A DNA stretch of 64,000 nt from Agathobacter sp. (GTDB taxonomy: Bacteria; Bacillota; Clostridia; Lachnospirales; Lachnospiraceae): assembly GCA_045628825.1 (NCBI GenBank), contig JAZQQA010000047.1, forward strand, positions 9,577 through 73,576. The letters run 5' to 3'. The position numbers and the translations under genes are program-made. This document shows positions 30,970-41,850 of this stretch, in pieces (the first letter of the stretch is position 1; every line of letters starts with the position of its first letter). The notes beneath the pieces are model-generated. The model was not told the DNA's origin. It did not search any database and worked only from the letters and a program-made list of their open reading frames with translations.

Positions 30970-32900
30970 CAAACAATCCTCTTAAATTTCTTTTCCATCT
31001 CATATTTGCTGATAGAAACGATGGTTGGTCTTCCATGCGGACAATGAAATGGATTTTCAAGCATCAATAACTCATCAATTAAGGCTTCCATTTCTTCCAT
31101 TGAAAGATGATTATTTCCCTTAACTGCCGCTTTACAGCTCATAGAAGCCACCTTTTCCAAAATCAGTTCTGGAGTCGCCTTCCCTGATGCATTGGAAAAA
31201 TCATCTAGCATTTCAATAAACAAATCTTTCATATCAAGATGATATAAATTGCCTGGAATGCCACTGATCATATATTCTTTACCGCCAAAATGCTCCACCT
31301 GATATCCCAAAAGCTCGATTTGCTCACGATAGGTTTCCAATGCTTCCACTTCCTTCCCATCCAAAGAAAGAATAAGCGGTGGCATTAAGGCCTGTGTGGT
31401 AAATTCTTTTCTTGAAAGCTCCGCCATCTTGCGCTCATACAACACCTTCTCATGGGCAGCATGCTGATCAATGATATAAAGCTGATTCTCATATTCGATT
31501 AGCCAATAGGTATCAAAGACTTGACCAATGATTCTATGGTTGCTCTTTGCTTCCTGTGTCAAAAAGTCTGGTGATAATTCAGAAAGTGATGTCTGCGTTC
31601 CTGTAATGACTGCTTCGGTAGCTGTTGCTGGAGCTGCTTCTGGAGTTGCTTCTGGAACAGCAAATAGAATTTCTTCCGATACCTTAAGCTCCTCACGTCC
31701 ATACTGGTGTTTCGCATCAATTTCTCTTTTTCGCTCTGCCATGGTTGGACGTACACGGTCAGGATACTGCACCGTGTATGGACTATCCTTTGCAACAGAT
31801 GCACGAATATCTGTGAGTCTGCGCTTCTCAAATGGTTCCGGAATTGGCTCACGGTATACAGGCTTATCGTCTTCCTTTTTCACCTCTGTCAAAGGAACAG
31901 AAGGAATCATTTCACGTCCAGATAAAACGTCTGAAATCGCCTGATATAAATGACGATAGACTTCTTCATTGTGATCAATGCGCATCTCCATCTTCGTTGG
32001 ATGAACATTCACATCCAAGGAATTGCCATTGATGGTAAAGTGTAACACCGTAAATGGATACTGATGCTGCATCAAATATTTTTTATAGCCTTCCTCAATG
32101 GCCTTTGCAAGAAGTGCTGACTTCACATAACGACCATTGATAAAGTAATTCTCATAATTACGATTCCCGCGTGATACAATCGGTTTTCCTATATAGCCAT
32201 CCACAGAGAAGAATTCACATTCATAATGTAGTGGTAAAATAGATGACGCAATCTCACGCCCAAAGACATGATAAATCAAATCCTTCTCGTTGCCATTTCC
32301 AGATGTATGTAGCTTGGTCTGGTTGTTGTTGATAAATTTAAATGACACGTCTGGATGAGACAAGGCAAGCTTTTCTACAATGTCACTAATGTAGGTTCCT
32401 TCTGTCTGAGGCGATTTTAGGAACTTCTTACGTGCTGGTGTATTAAAGAACAAATCCTTAATCAAAAATGTTGTTCCATCTGGCGCGCCAATCTCTTCAA
32501 ACGCAACTTCCTTAGAGCCTTCAATGCAATATCTTGTTCCCGTAAGTTGAGATGGCGTCTTTGTAATCAGTTCCACCCTTGCTACAGCAGAGATACTTGA
32601 AAGAGCTTCCCCTCGAAATCCCAAGGACGACACATTGTTTAAATCCTCAACACTTCGAATCTTACTGGTAGAATGGCGAAGAAAGGCGTCCTTTACCTGG
32701 CGGGACTCAATACCGCAACCATTATCTGTAATACGAATAAAACTGATGCCGCCTTCTTTGATTTCAACGGTAATGGCAGAGGCACCTGCATCAATGGCAT
32801 TTTCTACCAACTCCTTTACCACAGAACTTGGTCTTTCAATGACTTCTCCAGCCGCAATTTTATCAATTGTTTGTTGATCTAATAACAGAATTTCAGGCAT
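30969..32900 (-). CDS. mutL: DNA mismatch repair protein MutL
   Basis: IAAGEVIERP, GFRGEAL, DQHAAHE, CPHGRP. Confidence 0.98.
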   Translation of the reverse strand: MPEILLLDQQTIDKIAAGEVIERPSSVVKELVENAIDAGASAITVEIKEGGISFIRITDNGCGIESRQVKDAFLRHSTSKIRSVEDLNNVSSLGFRGEALSSISAVARVELITKTPSQLTGTRYCIEGSKEVAFEEIGAPDGTTFLIKDLFFNTPARKKFLKSPQTEGTYISDIVEKLALSHPDVSFKFINNNQTKLHTSGNGNEKDLIYHVFGREIASSILPLHYECEFFSVDGYIGKPIVSRGNRNYENYFINGRYVKSALLAKAIEEGYKKYLMQHQYPFTVLHFTINGNSLDVNVHPTKMEMRIDHNEEVYRHLYQAISDVLSGREMIPSVPLTEVKKEDDKPVYREPIPEPFEKRRLTDIRASVAKDSPYTVQYPDRVRPTMAERKREIDAKHQYGREELKVSEEILFAVPEATPEAAPATATEAVITGTQTSLSELSPDFLTQEAKSNHRIIGQVFDTYWLIEYENQLYIIDQHAAHEKVLYERKMAELSRKEFTTQALMPPLILSLDGKEVEALETYREQIELLGYQVEHFGGKEYMISGIPGNLYHLDMKDLFIEMLDDFSNASGKATPELILEKVASMSCKAAVKGNNHLSMEEMEALIDELLMLENPFHCPHGRPTIVSISKYEMEKKFKRIV

Positions 32901-32924
32901 AACTTATTTCCCTTTTGATTTACA

Positions 32925-35588
32925 CTACCAACGATTCTTGGCCTTATTCTGTAAATCATATAACTTATTTAATGCTTCAAGAGGGGTAAGATTTCCAATA
33001 TCAATACCCTTTAATTCTTCCACAATATCTGCATCACTTGTGGTATCAAAAAGAGACATCTGCGCCAAATCCACCTCATCCAAAAGCTGATCTTTTCGTC
33101 TACTCTTTTTCTCGTTTCCCTCTACGGAAATGCTTCGAACAAGTTCCGTAATATCATTGTTTAATAGTTCTGTAACAAGTTCTTTTGCACGGTCAATGAC
33201 AGTATCAGGAAGGCCAGCAAGCTTTGCTACCTGAATACCATAAGACTTGTCTGCTCCACCCTTTACAATTTTGCGAAGGAATACGATATCATCCCCCTTT
33301 TCCTTTACTGCAATACAATAGTTGTTGACGCCATCAAGCTTTCCTTCTAGCTCAGTCAATTCATGATAATGCGTAGCAAATAAAGTCTTTGCACCAAGGA
33401 GCTTCGTGTTTGCAATATGCTCAACCACCGCCCAGGCAATACTAAGACCATCAAAAGTACTTGTTCCACGACCTATTTCGTCTAAAATAAGCAATGAATT
33501 GGAAGTCGCATTACGAAGAATATTGGCCACCTCATTCATTTCAACCATGAAGGTTGACTGTCCACTAGCCAAGTCATCACTTGCTCCAACTCTGGTAAAT
33601 ATACGATCGACAATACCGACATTTGCAGACTCTGCGGGAACAAAGCTTCCGATTTGAGCCATCAAAACAATCAAAGCGGTTTGTCGCATATAGGTGGATT
33701 TACCTGCCATATTTGGACCTGTAATGATAGAAATGCGATGCATACCATTATCCAAATAGGTGTCATTGTCAATAAACATGTCATTCACAATCATTTTTTC
33801 AACCACTGGATGACGGCCGCCCTTAATATCCAGAATTCCAGATTCATTGATCTTTGGCTTGCAGTAATTGTTACGCTCTGCCACAAGTGCAAGACTTGCA
33901 AAAACATCAAGCTTTGCTATGGCACGTGCTGTCTTTTGAATACGAGACACATTCTGTGCAATTGTTTCACGCACCTCACGGAAAAGCTCATATTCCAAGC
34001 TGGTAAGTCGATCCTCTGCACCTAAAATGGTATCCTCAAGTTCCTTTAGTTCTGGCGTAATATATCGTTCAGCATTGGCTAAGGTTTGCTTTCTAATGTA
34101 ATAATCCGGAACCATCTCCTTAAAGGAATTGGTAACCTCCAAATAATAACCAAAGACCTTATTAAAATTAATCTTTAAATTCTTAATTCCAGTCTTCTCG
34201 CGCTCTTCCTCCAAAAGCTTTGCAAGCCATGTTTTTCCATCTGTTTTGGCAATACGAAGTCTATCCACTTCCTCGGAAAAGCCTTCACGAATAATATCAC
34301 CGTCGCGCTGGGAAATTGGCGGTTCCTCCTGAATGGATCTGCTAAGAAGATCATACAAATCCTCTAAGCAATCAAACTCACCCTTTATTTCTTCCGATAG
34401 TTCACAGTTCACATCCTCTAAAATCATGCGAATTGCTGGAAGCATCTGCAAGGAATTACGAAATGCCAACAAATCTCTTGGATTGGCCGTCTGATAACTA
34501 ATCCTGGTAATCAAACGCTCCAAATCATAGATTGGATTCAGATATTCTCTTAATTCCTCACGACTCATCACCTGCTTATTCAGGGTTTCAATCATCTTCT
34601 GGCGCTTTATGATTTCCGCCTTTTCAATCAAAGGCTGCTCCACATAGTTACGAAGGAGTCTTGCTCCCATAACCGTCTTGGTCTTATCCAAAACCCAAAG
34701 CAAAGAGCCTCGCTTTGATTTTTCACGTAAGGTCTCCACAAGTTCCAGATTGCGACGGGAAGAACTATCGATAATCATATATTTGCCAATGGAATATGGA
34801 TGAATTTCAAGAATATGGTCCATGGTATTTTTCTGGGTATCCATAAGATACTTAAGAAGTGCACCAGAAGCCACCACTCCACACTCATAGTCCATAAGAC
34901 CAAGTGCCTCTAGGGTATGCACCTTAAAATGGGTAAGCAAGGTCTCCTTCACAAGATCATCCCCAAAATACCAGGCATCCAGCGCAGACACTGCAATATT
35001 AAGACGCTCCTTCATATCTGAAATATCAACGCCACTCATATAAAAGGCTTCATTACAGATAATCTCTGAAGGTGCAAACTTATTCATCTCATCCAAAAGC
35101 TTGCGTTCACTATCCAGTTCAGTAACCACAAATTCGCCTGTTGTAACATCTGCAGTCGCAACGCCATAGCGGTCTCCAATATAGACAATAGACATGATGT
35201 AATTGTTCTTGGTCTCATCAAGGCTAGCCATATCTGTATTGGTACCAGGGGTCACAATACGAATGACTTCACGCTTTACAATCCCTTTTGCCGTCTTTGG
35301 ATCCTCGACCTGTTCACAAATTGCAACCTTATATCCTCTTGCCACCAGACGATTAATATAAGTGTCTGCAGCATGAAATGGAACGCCACACATTGGTGCA
35401 CGTTCTTCCAAGCCACAGCTTTTTCCAGTTAAGGTTAGCTCCAGTTCCTTTGATACAATTTTTGCATCCTCAAAGAACATCTCGTAAAAATCACCAAGAC
35501 GATAAAACAAAATACACCCTGGGTTTTCTTCTTTTGTTTGCAGATAATGCTGCATCATTGGCGAAACTTCAGCCATTAAATCACTCAC
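32925..35588 (-). CDS. mutS: DNA mismatch repair protein MutS
   Basis: GDFYEMF, GPNMAGKSTY, DEIGRGTS, ATHYHEL. Confidence 0.98.
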   Translation of the reverse strand: MSDLMAEVSPMMQHYLQTKEENPGCILFYRLGDFYEMFFEDAKIVSKELELTLTGKSCGLEERAPMCGVPFHAADTYINRLVARGYKVAICEQVEDPKTAKGIVKREVIRIVTPGTNTDMASLDETKNNYIMSIVYIGDRYGVATADVTTGEFVVTELDSERKLLDEMNKFAPSEIICNEAFYMSGVDISDMKERLNIAVSALDAWYFGDDLVKETLLTHFKVHTLEALGLMDYECGVVASGALLKYLMDTQKNTMDHILEIHPYSIGKYMIIDSSSRRNLELVETLREKSKRGSLLWVLDKTKTVMGARLLRNYVEQPLIEKAEIIKRQKMIETLNKQVMSREELREYLNPIYDLERLITRISYQTANPRDLLAFRNSLQMLPAIRMILEDVNCELSEEIKGEFDCLEDLYDLLSRSIQEEPPISQRDGDIIREGFSEEVDRLRIAKTDGKTWLAKLLEEEREKTGIKNLKINFNKVFGYYLEVTNSFKEMVPDYYIRKQTLANAERYITPELKELEDTILGAEDRLTSLEYELFREVRETIAQNVSRIQKTARAIAKLDVFASLALVAERNNYCKPKINESGILDIKGGRHPVVEKMIVNDMFIDNDTYLDNGMHRISIITGPNMAGKSTYMRQTALIVLMAQIGSFVPAESANVGIVDRIFTRVGASDDLASGQSTFMVEMNEVANILRNATSNSLLILDEIGRGTSTFDGLSIAWAVVEHIANTKLLGAKTLFATHYHELTELEGKLDGVNNYCIAVKEKGDDIVFLRKIVKGGADKSYGIQVAKLAGLPDTVIDRAKELVTELLNNDITELVRSISVEGNEKKSRRKDQLLDEVDLAQMSLFDTTSDADIVEELKGIDIGNLTPLEALNKLYDLQNKAKNRW

Positions 35589-35593
35589 AACTA

Positions 35594-37174
35594 TTACGAC
35601 CTTTCGTATTTCCTAATGATTGCTTCCGCAACCTTCATACCATCCATTGCAGCGGACATAATACCGCCAGCATATCCCGCACCTTCTCCACAAGGGTAGA
35701 TGCCTCTCATCGCACTTTCCATTTCCTCATTTCGAAGAATACGTATTGGGGAAGATGTTCTAGATTCCACCCCCGATAAAATTGCATCGTCTCTTGAAAA
35801 GCCAGAAACAATACGATCAAAATGTTCCATTCCCTGCATAAAACTGCTCTCCATATCATCGGAAAACAGTCCTCTTAAATTGGCAAAGGAAGTGGCTCCT
35901 TTGGTTGTAGAATCATAGGCTCCATAGCTAGACGAGGCACGATTCTCCTTATAATCCCCAAATAGCTGTTGAGGAATTTTTCCATCCCCAAGCATAAATG
36001 CCTTTCTTTCGATTTGCTCCTGAAAGCGCATACCAGAAAGTGCATCGGAAGCACCAAAATCATCTGGTGTCACACTCACGATGATTGCGGAGTTCGCATT
36101 TTTCCCACTTCTTCCAGAATAACTCATGCCATTTACGACCATTCCACCCTCATAGGAAGATGAATTAACTACATAACCACCTGGACACATGCAAAAACTA
36201 TAAACGCCTCTTCCATTTGGGAAATTGCTCGTCACCTTATATGGCGCAGCTGGTAGTGCATATTTTTGCTTTCCATACATAGCTTCATCAATCATAGCCT
36301 GTGGATGTTCTACGCGAAAGCCCACTGCAAAGCTTTTGCATTCCATAGGAAGCTTTCTTTTCTCCAACATTTGAAAGGTATCACGTGCACTATGTCCAAG
36401 TGCAAGTACACACACATTTGTTTTAAAATGTCTATCCTCTGCAATGACCTCGCATAGTCTACCATTTTCAAATACCAAATCTGTCATGCAAGTTTCAAAC
36501 AAAAACTCACAGCCATTTTCCTCAAGGTATCGTCGCATATCCAAAATCACATTGGCAAGAATATCTGTTCCAATGTGTGGTTTCGCATCAAAACGAATTT
36601 GTTCAGGTGCACCAAAATGAATAAAAGTATCTAATACAAAGGCATTACGTCCTGTTGGATCCTTTACTACAGTATTTAACTTTCCATCAGAAAAGGTACC
36701 TGCACCACCTTCTCCAAACTGCACATTCGTCTTTGGTGACAATTGCCCTGTTGTCCAGAATTTTTGTACAAGTTCTGTTCGCTTTTCCATCGCAGATCCA
36801 CGCTCTAAAACAATCGGATGATAGCCTGCTTTTGTCAAAATATAGGCACAAAATAAACCTGCAGGACCTTCTCCTACAATGACAGGTCTTCCCAAAAGCG
36901 ATTCATTTCCTGCCTCCGGAAGCTTGTAAACCACTTCCTTCCCAAGGTTGACGTTAGGATTATGAAGCCTTGCAACAAGCTTATTTTCGCCTTCAACCTC
37001 TACATGAACAGTATAGACGTAAAACAAATCCGGCTTCTTCCTTGCATCCAAGGATCGCTTCACGATTTTGTATGTGAACTTCTCTTTATTGAGTTTTAAA
37101 GTCTTTCGAATCTTGTTCTCCAAATCCACATCGGAATGCAAAACTCCAAGCTTTAATTGTGATATTACAATCAT
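35594..37174 (-). CDS. Uncharacterized FAD-dependent oxidoreductase
   Basis: GEGPAG, GEGGAGTFSDGKL, FCMCPGG, GEGAGYAGGI. Confidence 0.88.
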   Translation of the reverse strand: MIVISQLKLGVLHSDVDLENKIRKTLKLNKEKFTYKIVKRSLDARKKPDLFYVYTVHVEVEGENKLVARLHNPNVNLGKEVVYKLPEAGNESLLGRPVIVGEGPAGLFCAYILTKAGYHPIVLERGSAMEKRTELVQKFWTTGQLSPKTNVQFGEGGAGTFSDGKLNTVVKDPTGRNAFVLDTFIHFGAPEQIRFDAKPHIGTDILANVILDMRRYLEENGCEFLFETCMTDLVFENGRLCEVIAEDRHFKTNVCVLALGHSARDTFQMLEKRKLPMECKSFAVGFRVEHPQAMIDEAMYGKQKYALPAAPYKVTSNFPNGRGVYSFCMCPGGYVVNSSSYEGGMVVNGMSYSGRSGKNANSAIIVSVTPDDFGASDALSGMRFQEQIERKAFMLGDGKIPQQLFGDYKENRASSSYGAYDSTTKGATSFANLRGLFSDDMESSFMQGMEHFDRIVSGFSRDDAILSGVESRTSSPIRILRNEEMESAMRGIYPCGEGAGYAGGIMSAAMDGMKVAEAIIRKYERS

Positions 37175-37180
37175 GTATCC

Positions 37181-38398
37181 TTATACTCCACTAGCATTTC
37201 TACCAGCAATATTTCCTGTAGCCCAGGCAAATTGCAAATTATATCCACCACAAATGCCATCTACATCCAATATTTCACCGGCAAAATAGATGCCCTTATG
37301 CAACTTTGATTCCAAGGTTTCTTCATTTACCATGGAAGCCGCAAGACCACCTGCACATACCTGTGCAAATTCATAATCTCTGACGCGCTTCGGATGAACG
37401 ACAAAAGACTTGATTTCGCGAACCAAACAAGGAAGATCATTCTCGTATACATAATCATCCTGCCCAGCATGAACCTTTCGAAGGATTTCATCCATAAGCT
37501 TCTCTGGTAAATACCCCTGCAGGAGGTTCCGATAGCTACACTCTCCCTGATGTATGGCCAAATATTCTTTAAATCGAATAAGCAACTCTTCTTCCGATAA
37601 TTCTGGCAAAAAGGATATATGCACCTCAACTGCATCATTTTTCGCTAAAGCAAGCGCAATAAAGCGACTCACCTGAAAAACAGGAATACCACTGATTCCA
37701 TAATCTGTAAACTGAATTTCGCCCAAGTCCTTTGCAACTTCATAGCCCTGCACCCGTACAGATACTTCTCCACCTACACGAACTCCAGCTATTTTATTAA
37801 AATTGGCGCCTTTGCAGTAGAATCCACAAAGAGCTGGAACCAAAGTAGTAAATTCATATCCCATATTTTGAAGTACAGGAAGCAAGCTTCCATCACTTCC
37901 AAGCTTTGGACTAGCTAGAAGACCAGATGCAATGACAAGCTTATGCGCCTCATAGGATTTTCCAGAAGAAGTTACAACTTGATAACCCTCTATTTCTAAG
38001 TCCTTAATTTCCAATACCCTTGTATCAAAAGCAAATGTCACCTTAAGTCGATTGGCTTCATCTGTAAGCGCCAATACAATGGCACTTGCCTGTTCACTCA
38101 TTGGATAATAATAGCCATCTCTTTGCTTTGCAGCGATACCAATCCCTTCAAAAAACGAAAGGGTATCCTCCTTGGAAAAGGTCGAAAGTGCCAAATCAAT
38201 TAGGGCAGAGTTTCCATGATAACAGCTTTTATCCATATGATCATTTGTGAAATTACATTTTCCGTTTCCAGTGGCATAGAGCTTCTTGCCAATTTTTTCT
38301 TTTTGCTCCAAAACCAGCACAGAAGAACCATTTCTTGCGGCTGTAATCGCAGCCATAAGACCAGATGCACCGGCACCAATCACAAGAACGTCAATCAT
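37181..38398 (-). CDS. HI0933/BaiN-family flavoprotein
   Basis: GAGASG, GNGKCNFTN, GE.LDVDG.CGGYNLQ.AW. Confidence 0.9.
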   Translation of the reverse strand: MIDVLVIGAGASGLMAAITAARNGSSVLVLEQKEKIGKKLYATGNGKCNFTNDHMDKSCYHGNSALIDLALSTFSKEDTLSFFEGIGIAAKQRDGYYYPMSEQASAIVLALTDEANRLKVTFAFDTRVLEIKDLEIEGYQVVTSSGKSYEAHKLVIASGLLASPKLGSDGSLLPVLQNMGYEFTTLVPALCGFYCKGANFNKIAGVRVGGEVSVRVQGYEVAKDLGEIQFTDYGISGIPVFQVSRFIALALAKNDAVEVHISFLPELSEEELLIRFKEYLAIHQGECSYRNLLQGYLPEKLMDEILRKVHAGQDDYVYENDLPCLVREIKSFVVHPKRVRDYEFAQVCAGGLAASMVNEETLESKLHKGIYFAGEILDVDGICGGYNLQFAWATGNIAGRNASGV

Positions 38399-38440
38399 GT
38401 ACGCACTCCTTCCCTTTCATCGATTGTATAAATAACGCCC

Positions 38441-38469
38441 AAATACCCTGCCTAAAAGGCAAGGTATTT
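38441..38469 (-). terminator. Hairpin/terminator after the flippase gene
   Basis: AAATACCCTGCCT/AGGCAAGGTATTT; U tract is weak. Confidence 0.55.
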
Positions 38470-38471
38470 CA

Positions 38472-40139
38472 TCATGAAAGCAAATGTAATTTTCGGAAGA
38501 ATCGAATCAAAGAAGTTCCCTTAGGGAAACGCTTCAGTTCTTCCTCTGTTAAGCCCTTAAGTAAGAGCATAAATACCGTATAGATTATTACGGCCAAGAC
38601 CATGGCAACCATAAGTGAAATTGCATTGGAGTTTGTCACCACATGAAGTCCATTATAGATTGCAAATGCTGCAAGTCCCATAATCGCAGAACAGGCACTT
38701 GGTAGAATAAAGGTTTTATACCATTCATGGCGATATCTAGAATATCTGCAAAGAGACATCTGATTCAAGAAACACATCATGAATGCAAAAAATACATTGG
38801 AAGCAACCACTGCAAAAATATTCCACTTTAATACATACATGAGTACAACCAAAACAATTACATGTAGCACCAAAGAAATGGCCGCGTTACGTACCGGAAG
38901 CTTCAAACGATCAATACCCTGAAGCAATCCATTGGACAAGGTTGAAAGTGCATAAAATACAACTGCAATACTTCCTGTCCACATCATTTTTCCAGCCACA
39001 TCAATACTTGATATGGTACTGTGGAACAAAAGCGCAATAATTGGCTTTCCAAGTACAGCAAGACCAACAGCAGAAGGAATGGAAATAATCATAACAAAAC
39101 GAGTCGCTGCCTTAATTTTAAGCCGAACATCCTTCATATCCTTTTTCTGGAAAGCTGCAGTCAGCGCTGGAACCGAAGAGGCAGCCATTGCACTGGCAAT
39201 CGAAATCGGTACATTGATAAGGAGCTTATATTTTCCAGTATAAACACCCCACCATACATCGATGTCATCTGCAATATACCCCTGTGAATATGCGATATGC
39301 TTATAGATACCATTATCAATAATTCCACTGATATTATAAATGGTAGTACTAAGTAAAACTGGGAATATCACAGCAATTAAGGAACCAAGGGTCTGCCAAA
39401 CACTTTCCTTAACCGTTGTTCCATCCTTTTTCATCTTGCGCTTGAAAACACGAATGTAACCAGCAAAAACAAAGGTCATAAAAATGAGTGCTGCTACTGA
39501 GCCAAGGTTCGTTCCAAGGGTACCACCAGATGCGCCGTAAGCCGCTGCATAATGTTCTGGATCACCCAAGACCCCGCCGATTCGTTTTCCATAATTGAAT
39601 AACACATAGGCTGCCCAAATGCTGACGATTGCATTGACAATCTGCTCAATCACCTGAGAAATTGCAGTTGGAACCATGGTTCCCATTCCCTGGAAAAAGC
39701 CACGAATCACACCTAATATTGCAACAATCAAAAGTCCCGGTGCCAAAATACGAAGAGCAAAAATACTGTACGGTGTTTTCAGATAAACATCAGAGAAAAA
39801 CTGCGCGCCGAAAAACACAATCAAAGAAACCAAGGTTCCTGAAATCACCGCAAAGGTCATCGCACACTTAAATATATGATATGCCATCTTCTTTTTACCA
39901 GCCGCAAGCTGCGCACTTACCATCTTTGATACTGCAAGTGGAAGGCTGTAAGAAGAAATAATAAGCATTATATTGTATACTTCAAAGGCACTTCCATAAT
40001 AGCTATTTCCTAGATCCCCAATGATATCTGTCATTGGAATACGATAAATCAGACCTATGATTCGGCTAACAATGGAAGCAAATGCAAGTATGGAGCCTTG
40101 TACTAGAAAATTAGCTCCACCTTTGTCTTTTTTTGCCAT
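38472..40139 (-). CDS. MOP-superfamily flippase (SpoVB/MurJ-YtgP-like)
   Basis: SRIIGLIYRIP, LPLAVSK, RGFFQG, SQVIEQ; many TM helices. Confidence 0.88.
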   Translation of the reverse strand: MAKKDKGGANFLVQGSILAFASIVSRIIGLIYRIPMTDIIGDLGNSYYGSAFEVYNIMLIISSYSLPLAVSKMVSAQLAAGKKKMAYHIFKCAMTFAVISGTLVSLIVFFGAQFFSDVYLKTPYSIFALRILAPGLLIVAILGVIRGFFQGMGTMVPTAISQVIEQIVNAIVSIWAAYVLFNYGKRIGGVLGDPEHYAAAYGASGGTLGTNLGSVAALIFMTFVFAGYIRVFKRKMKKDGTTVKESVWQTLGSLIAVIFPVLLSTTIYNISGIIDNGIYKHIAYSQGYIADDIDVWWGVYTGKYKLLINVPISIASAMAASSVPALTAAFQKKDMKDVRLKIKAATRFVMIISIPSAVGLAVLGKPIIALLFHSTISSIDVAGKMMWTGSIAVVFYALSTLSNGLLQGIDRLKLPVRNAAISLVLHVIVLVVLMYVLKWNIFAVVASNVFFAFMMCFLNQMSLCRYSRYRHEWYKTFILPSACSAIMGLAAFAIYNGLHVVTNSNAISLMVAMVLAVIIYTVFMLLLKGLTEEELKRFPKGTSLIRFFRKLHLLS

Positions 40140-40162
40140 AAGTAACCTCTCTAATAAACCAA

Positions 40163-40663
40163 CTAATCACGTAAAATCTGAAGGCCATTTAATATCTCAC
40201 GCTGCTTTTCTTCCATAACTGCAGCTTCTTCTGCCTCCATATGATCAAAGCCAAACAAATGTAACATACTATGCACAATCAAAAATGCATACTCACGCAT
40301 TTCACTATGATTGTAGCTTTCTGCCTGTTCCTTCACCTTTTCCACAGAAATCACAATATCTCCAAGCAATGCTTCTCCTGTATCTGGGTCAAAATCATCG
40401 TCACTTTCGTTTTCCAAAAATGAGAAATCTCCAGGAGCTTCATAGGAAAGCATCGGAAATGATAAGACATCTGTTGGACGATCAATGGAACGAAACTCCT
40501 TATTAATCGCATGAATTCCCTCATTGTCAGTAAGCGTCAAATTAACCTCTGCTTCATAAGGAAATTCCATATATTCCAAGCAATATGCGATAACTTTTTC
40601 AGCCAATTCTTCTTCATTGAAATTAAAATTTGTTTCAACCTCTTTTTCAAAAGAAAAACTCAT
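40163..40663 (-). CDS. ybeY: rRNA maturation endoribonuclease YbeY
   Basis: PTDVLSFP, LGDIVIS, HSMLHLFGFDH; ATGA overlap with the upstream stop. Confidence 0.95.
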   Translation of the reverse strand: MSFSFEKEVETNFNFNEEELAEKVIAYCLEYMEFPYEAEVNLTLTDNEGIHAINKEFRSIDRPTDVLSFPMLSYEAPGDFSFLENESDDDFDPDTGEALLGDIVISVEKVKEQAESYNHSEMREYAFLIVHSMLHLFGFDHMEAEEAAVMEEKQREILNGLQILRD

Positions 40664-41850
40664 ATGATCCAATTCTCCTTCGCTAAGAATTCACGAATCT
40701 TAAGGAAATGATTCATGCTAAGACCTGATGCATCGTAAAGGCCTTGATTACTGAATTCATTCAAGGCTTGATAAATAATCATCTCTTGATTCCAGGTAGA
40801 TAAACCAACATCCTCCTGTAACGCAGCAATTTTAATTGTAATACTATCTACCATATGAACAAGGGCAGATTCTGGAGTAGACGGCAAATGCTCTTCTCCG
40901 TAGTATTCCGAAATGATTGACGTTAGCTCTACTGGAAAGCATAGAGCTTGGGCTCTTTTGATGCCACGTTCAACATGTGGCTCTCCCTGCCATTTTCCAA
41001 TGCGATAATAAAACCCTGCAGCTTCACATAGCTCTGCATTGAGTCCTGCAGCCAGTGCTCCTCGCTTTGCAATTTCTGCTACACGCATGCCATGATTATA
41101 ATCCGCGGGAAAATACTTACGAAGTTCTTTGATAACCGCATAATCCTCAGACATAATATCTAAAATTCGGTTATGAAGTTCTTGTTCAGACTCCTTACGA
41201 AATACAGGATAAAATACCGCAATAAGAAGTACCGTAATTACAGACGTTATTCCCGAATAAACCATCTGATTTTGATTGACCTCTGCCTGATCCAAATAGT
41301 CAAATAATGTTAAATTCCCCATACTTACGCATATCGTAATAAAAAGTAACGGAATACGAAATTTTTTAACATTGTATGCCTTTGCTATCACGCATCCAAA
41401 AACAATCAAAATACTATAACACAAAATCTCATAAAAATTGCCGCTACAGGTAATCGCAAACAAAAGCAGCATATAAAAGCTACAAATGAGCGCAACAACT
41501 TCATTACTGATCGCATAAATCAAAAATGGCAGTATCATAAAAGGTCTGCAAAAACCTGGCAAAAAGGCACTTGCAAACACAAGCAGCGCACAAAGAAAAT
41601 AGATACCAGCAACCTTCGAAAACGTAGTTGCACGATTCGCTGAAATCTGTCCTCTTTTACGAGCAAACTCCAATTCAAAAATTAATAGTGCCAAAAAGAT
41701 TACATCCAAATATGCAACAATAACAATCTCATCTAAAAATAGCTGATTGTAAAGGCTAAATGCCACAGACAAAGCAGCCGTAACCAGTACCAAAAGAGAA
41801 AGCGGAATTACGCGATATATATGCATTTTTTCACTAGCAGAGCCACGCAT
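40660..41850 (-). CDS. Multi-TM protein with a degenerate HD domain (PgpH/YqfF-like)
   Basis: About 7-8 TM helices, then YNHG..VA, AGFYYRIGK, P.TPESALV.MVD; phoH-X-ybeY synteny. Confidence 0.75.
   Translation of the reverse strand: MRGSASEKMHIYRVIPLSLLVLVTAALSVAFSLYNQLFLDEIVIVAYLDVIFLALLIFELEFARKRGQISANRATTFSKVAGIYFLCALLVFASAFLPGFCRPFMILPFLIYAISNEVVALICSFYMLLLFAITCSGNFYEILCYSILIVFGCVIAKAYNVKKFRIPLLFITICVSMGNLTLFDYLDQAEVNQNQMVYSGITSVITVLLIAVFYPVFRKESEQELHNRILDIMSEDYAVIKELRKYFPADYNHGMRVAEIAKRGALAAGLNAELCEAAGFYYRIGKWQGEPHVERGIKRAQALCFPVELTSIISEYYGEEHLPSTPESALVHMVDSITIKIAALQEDVGLSTWNQEMIIYQALNEFSNQGLYDASGLSMNHFLKIREFLAKENWII

Noticed and set aside
31620..31660. Short 12-bp tandem repeat in mutL (PEATPEAAPA)
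   Set aside because: In-frame low-complexity linker with too few copies to suggest a phase-variable mutator switch.
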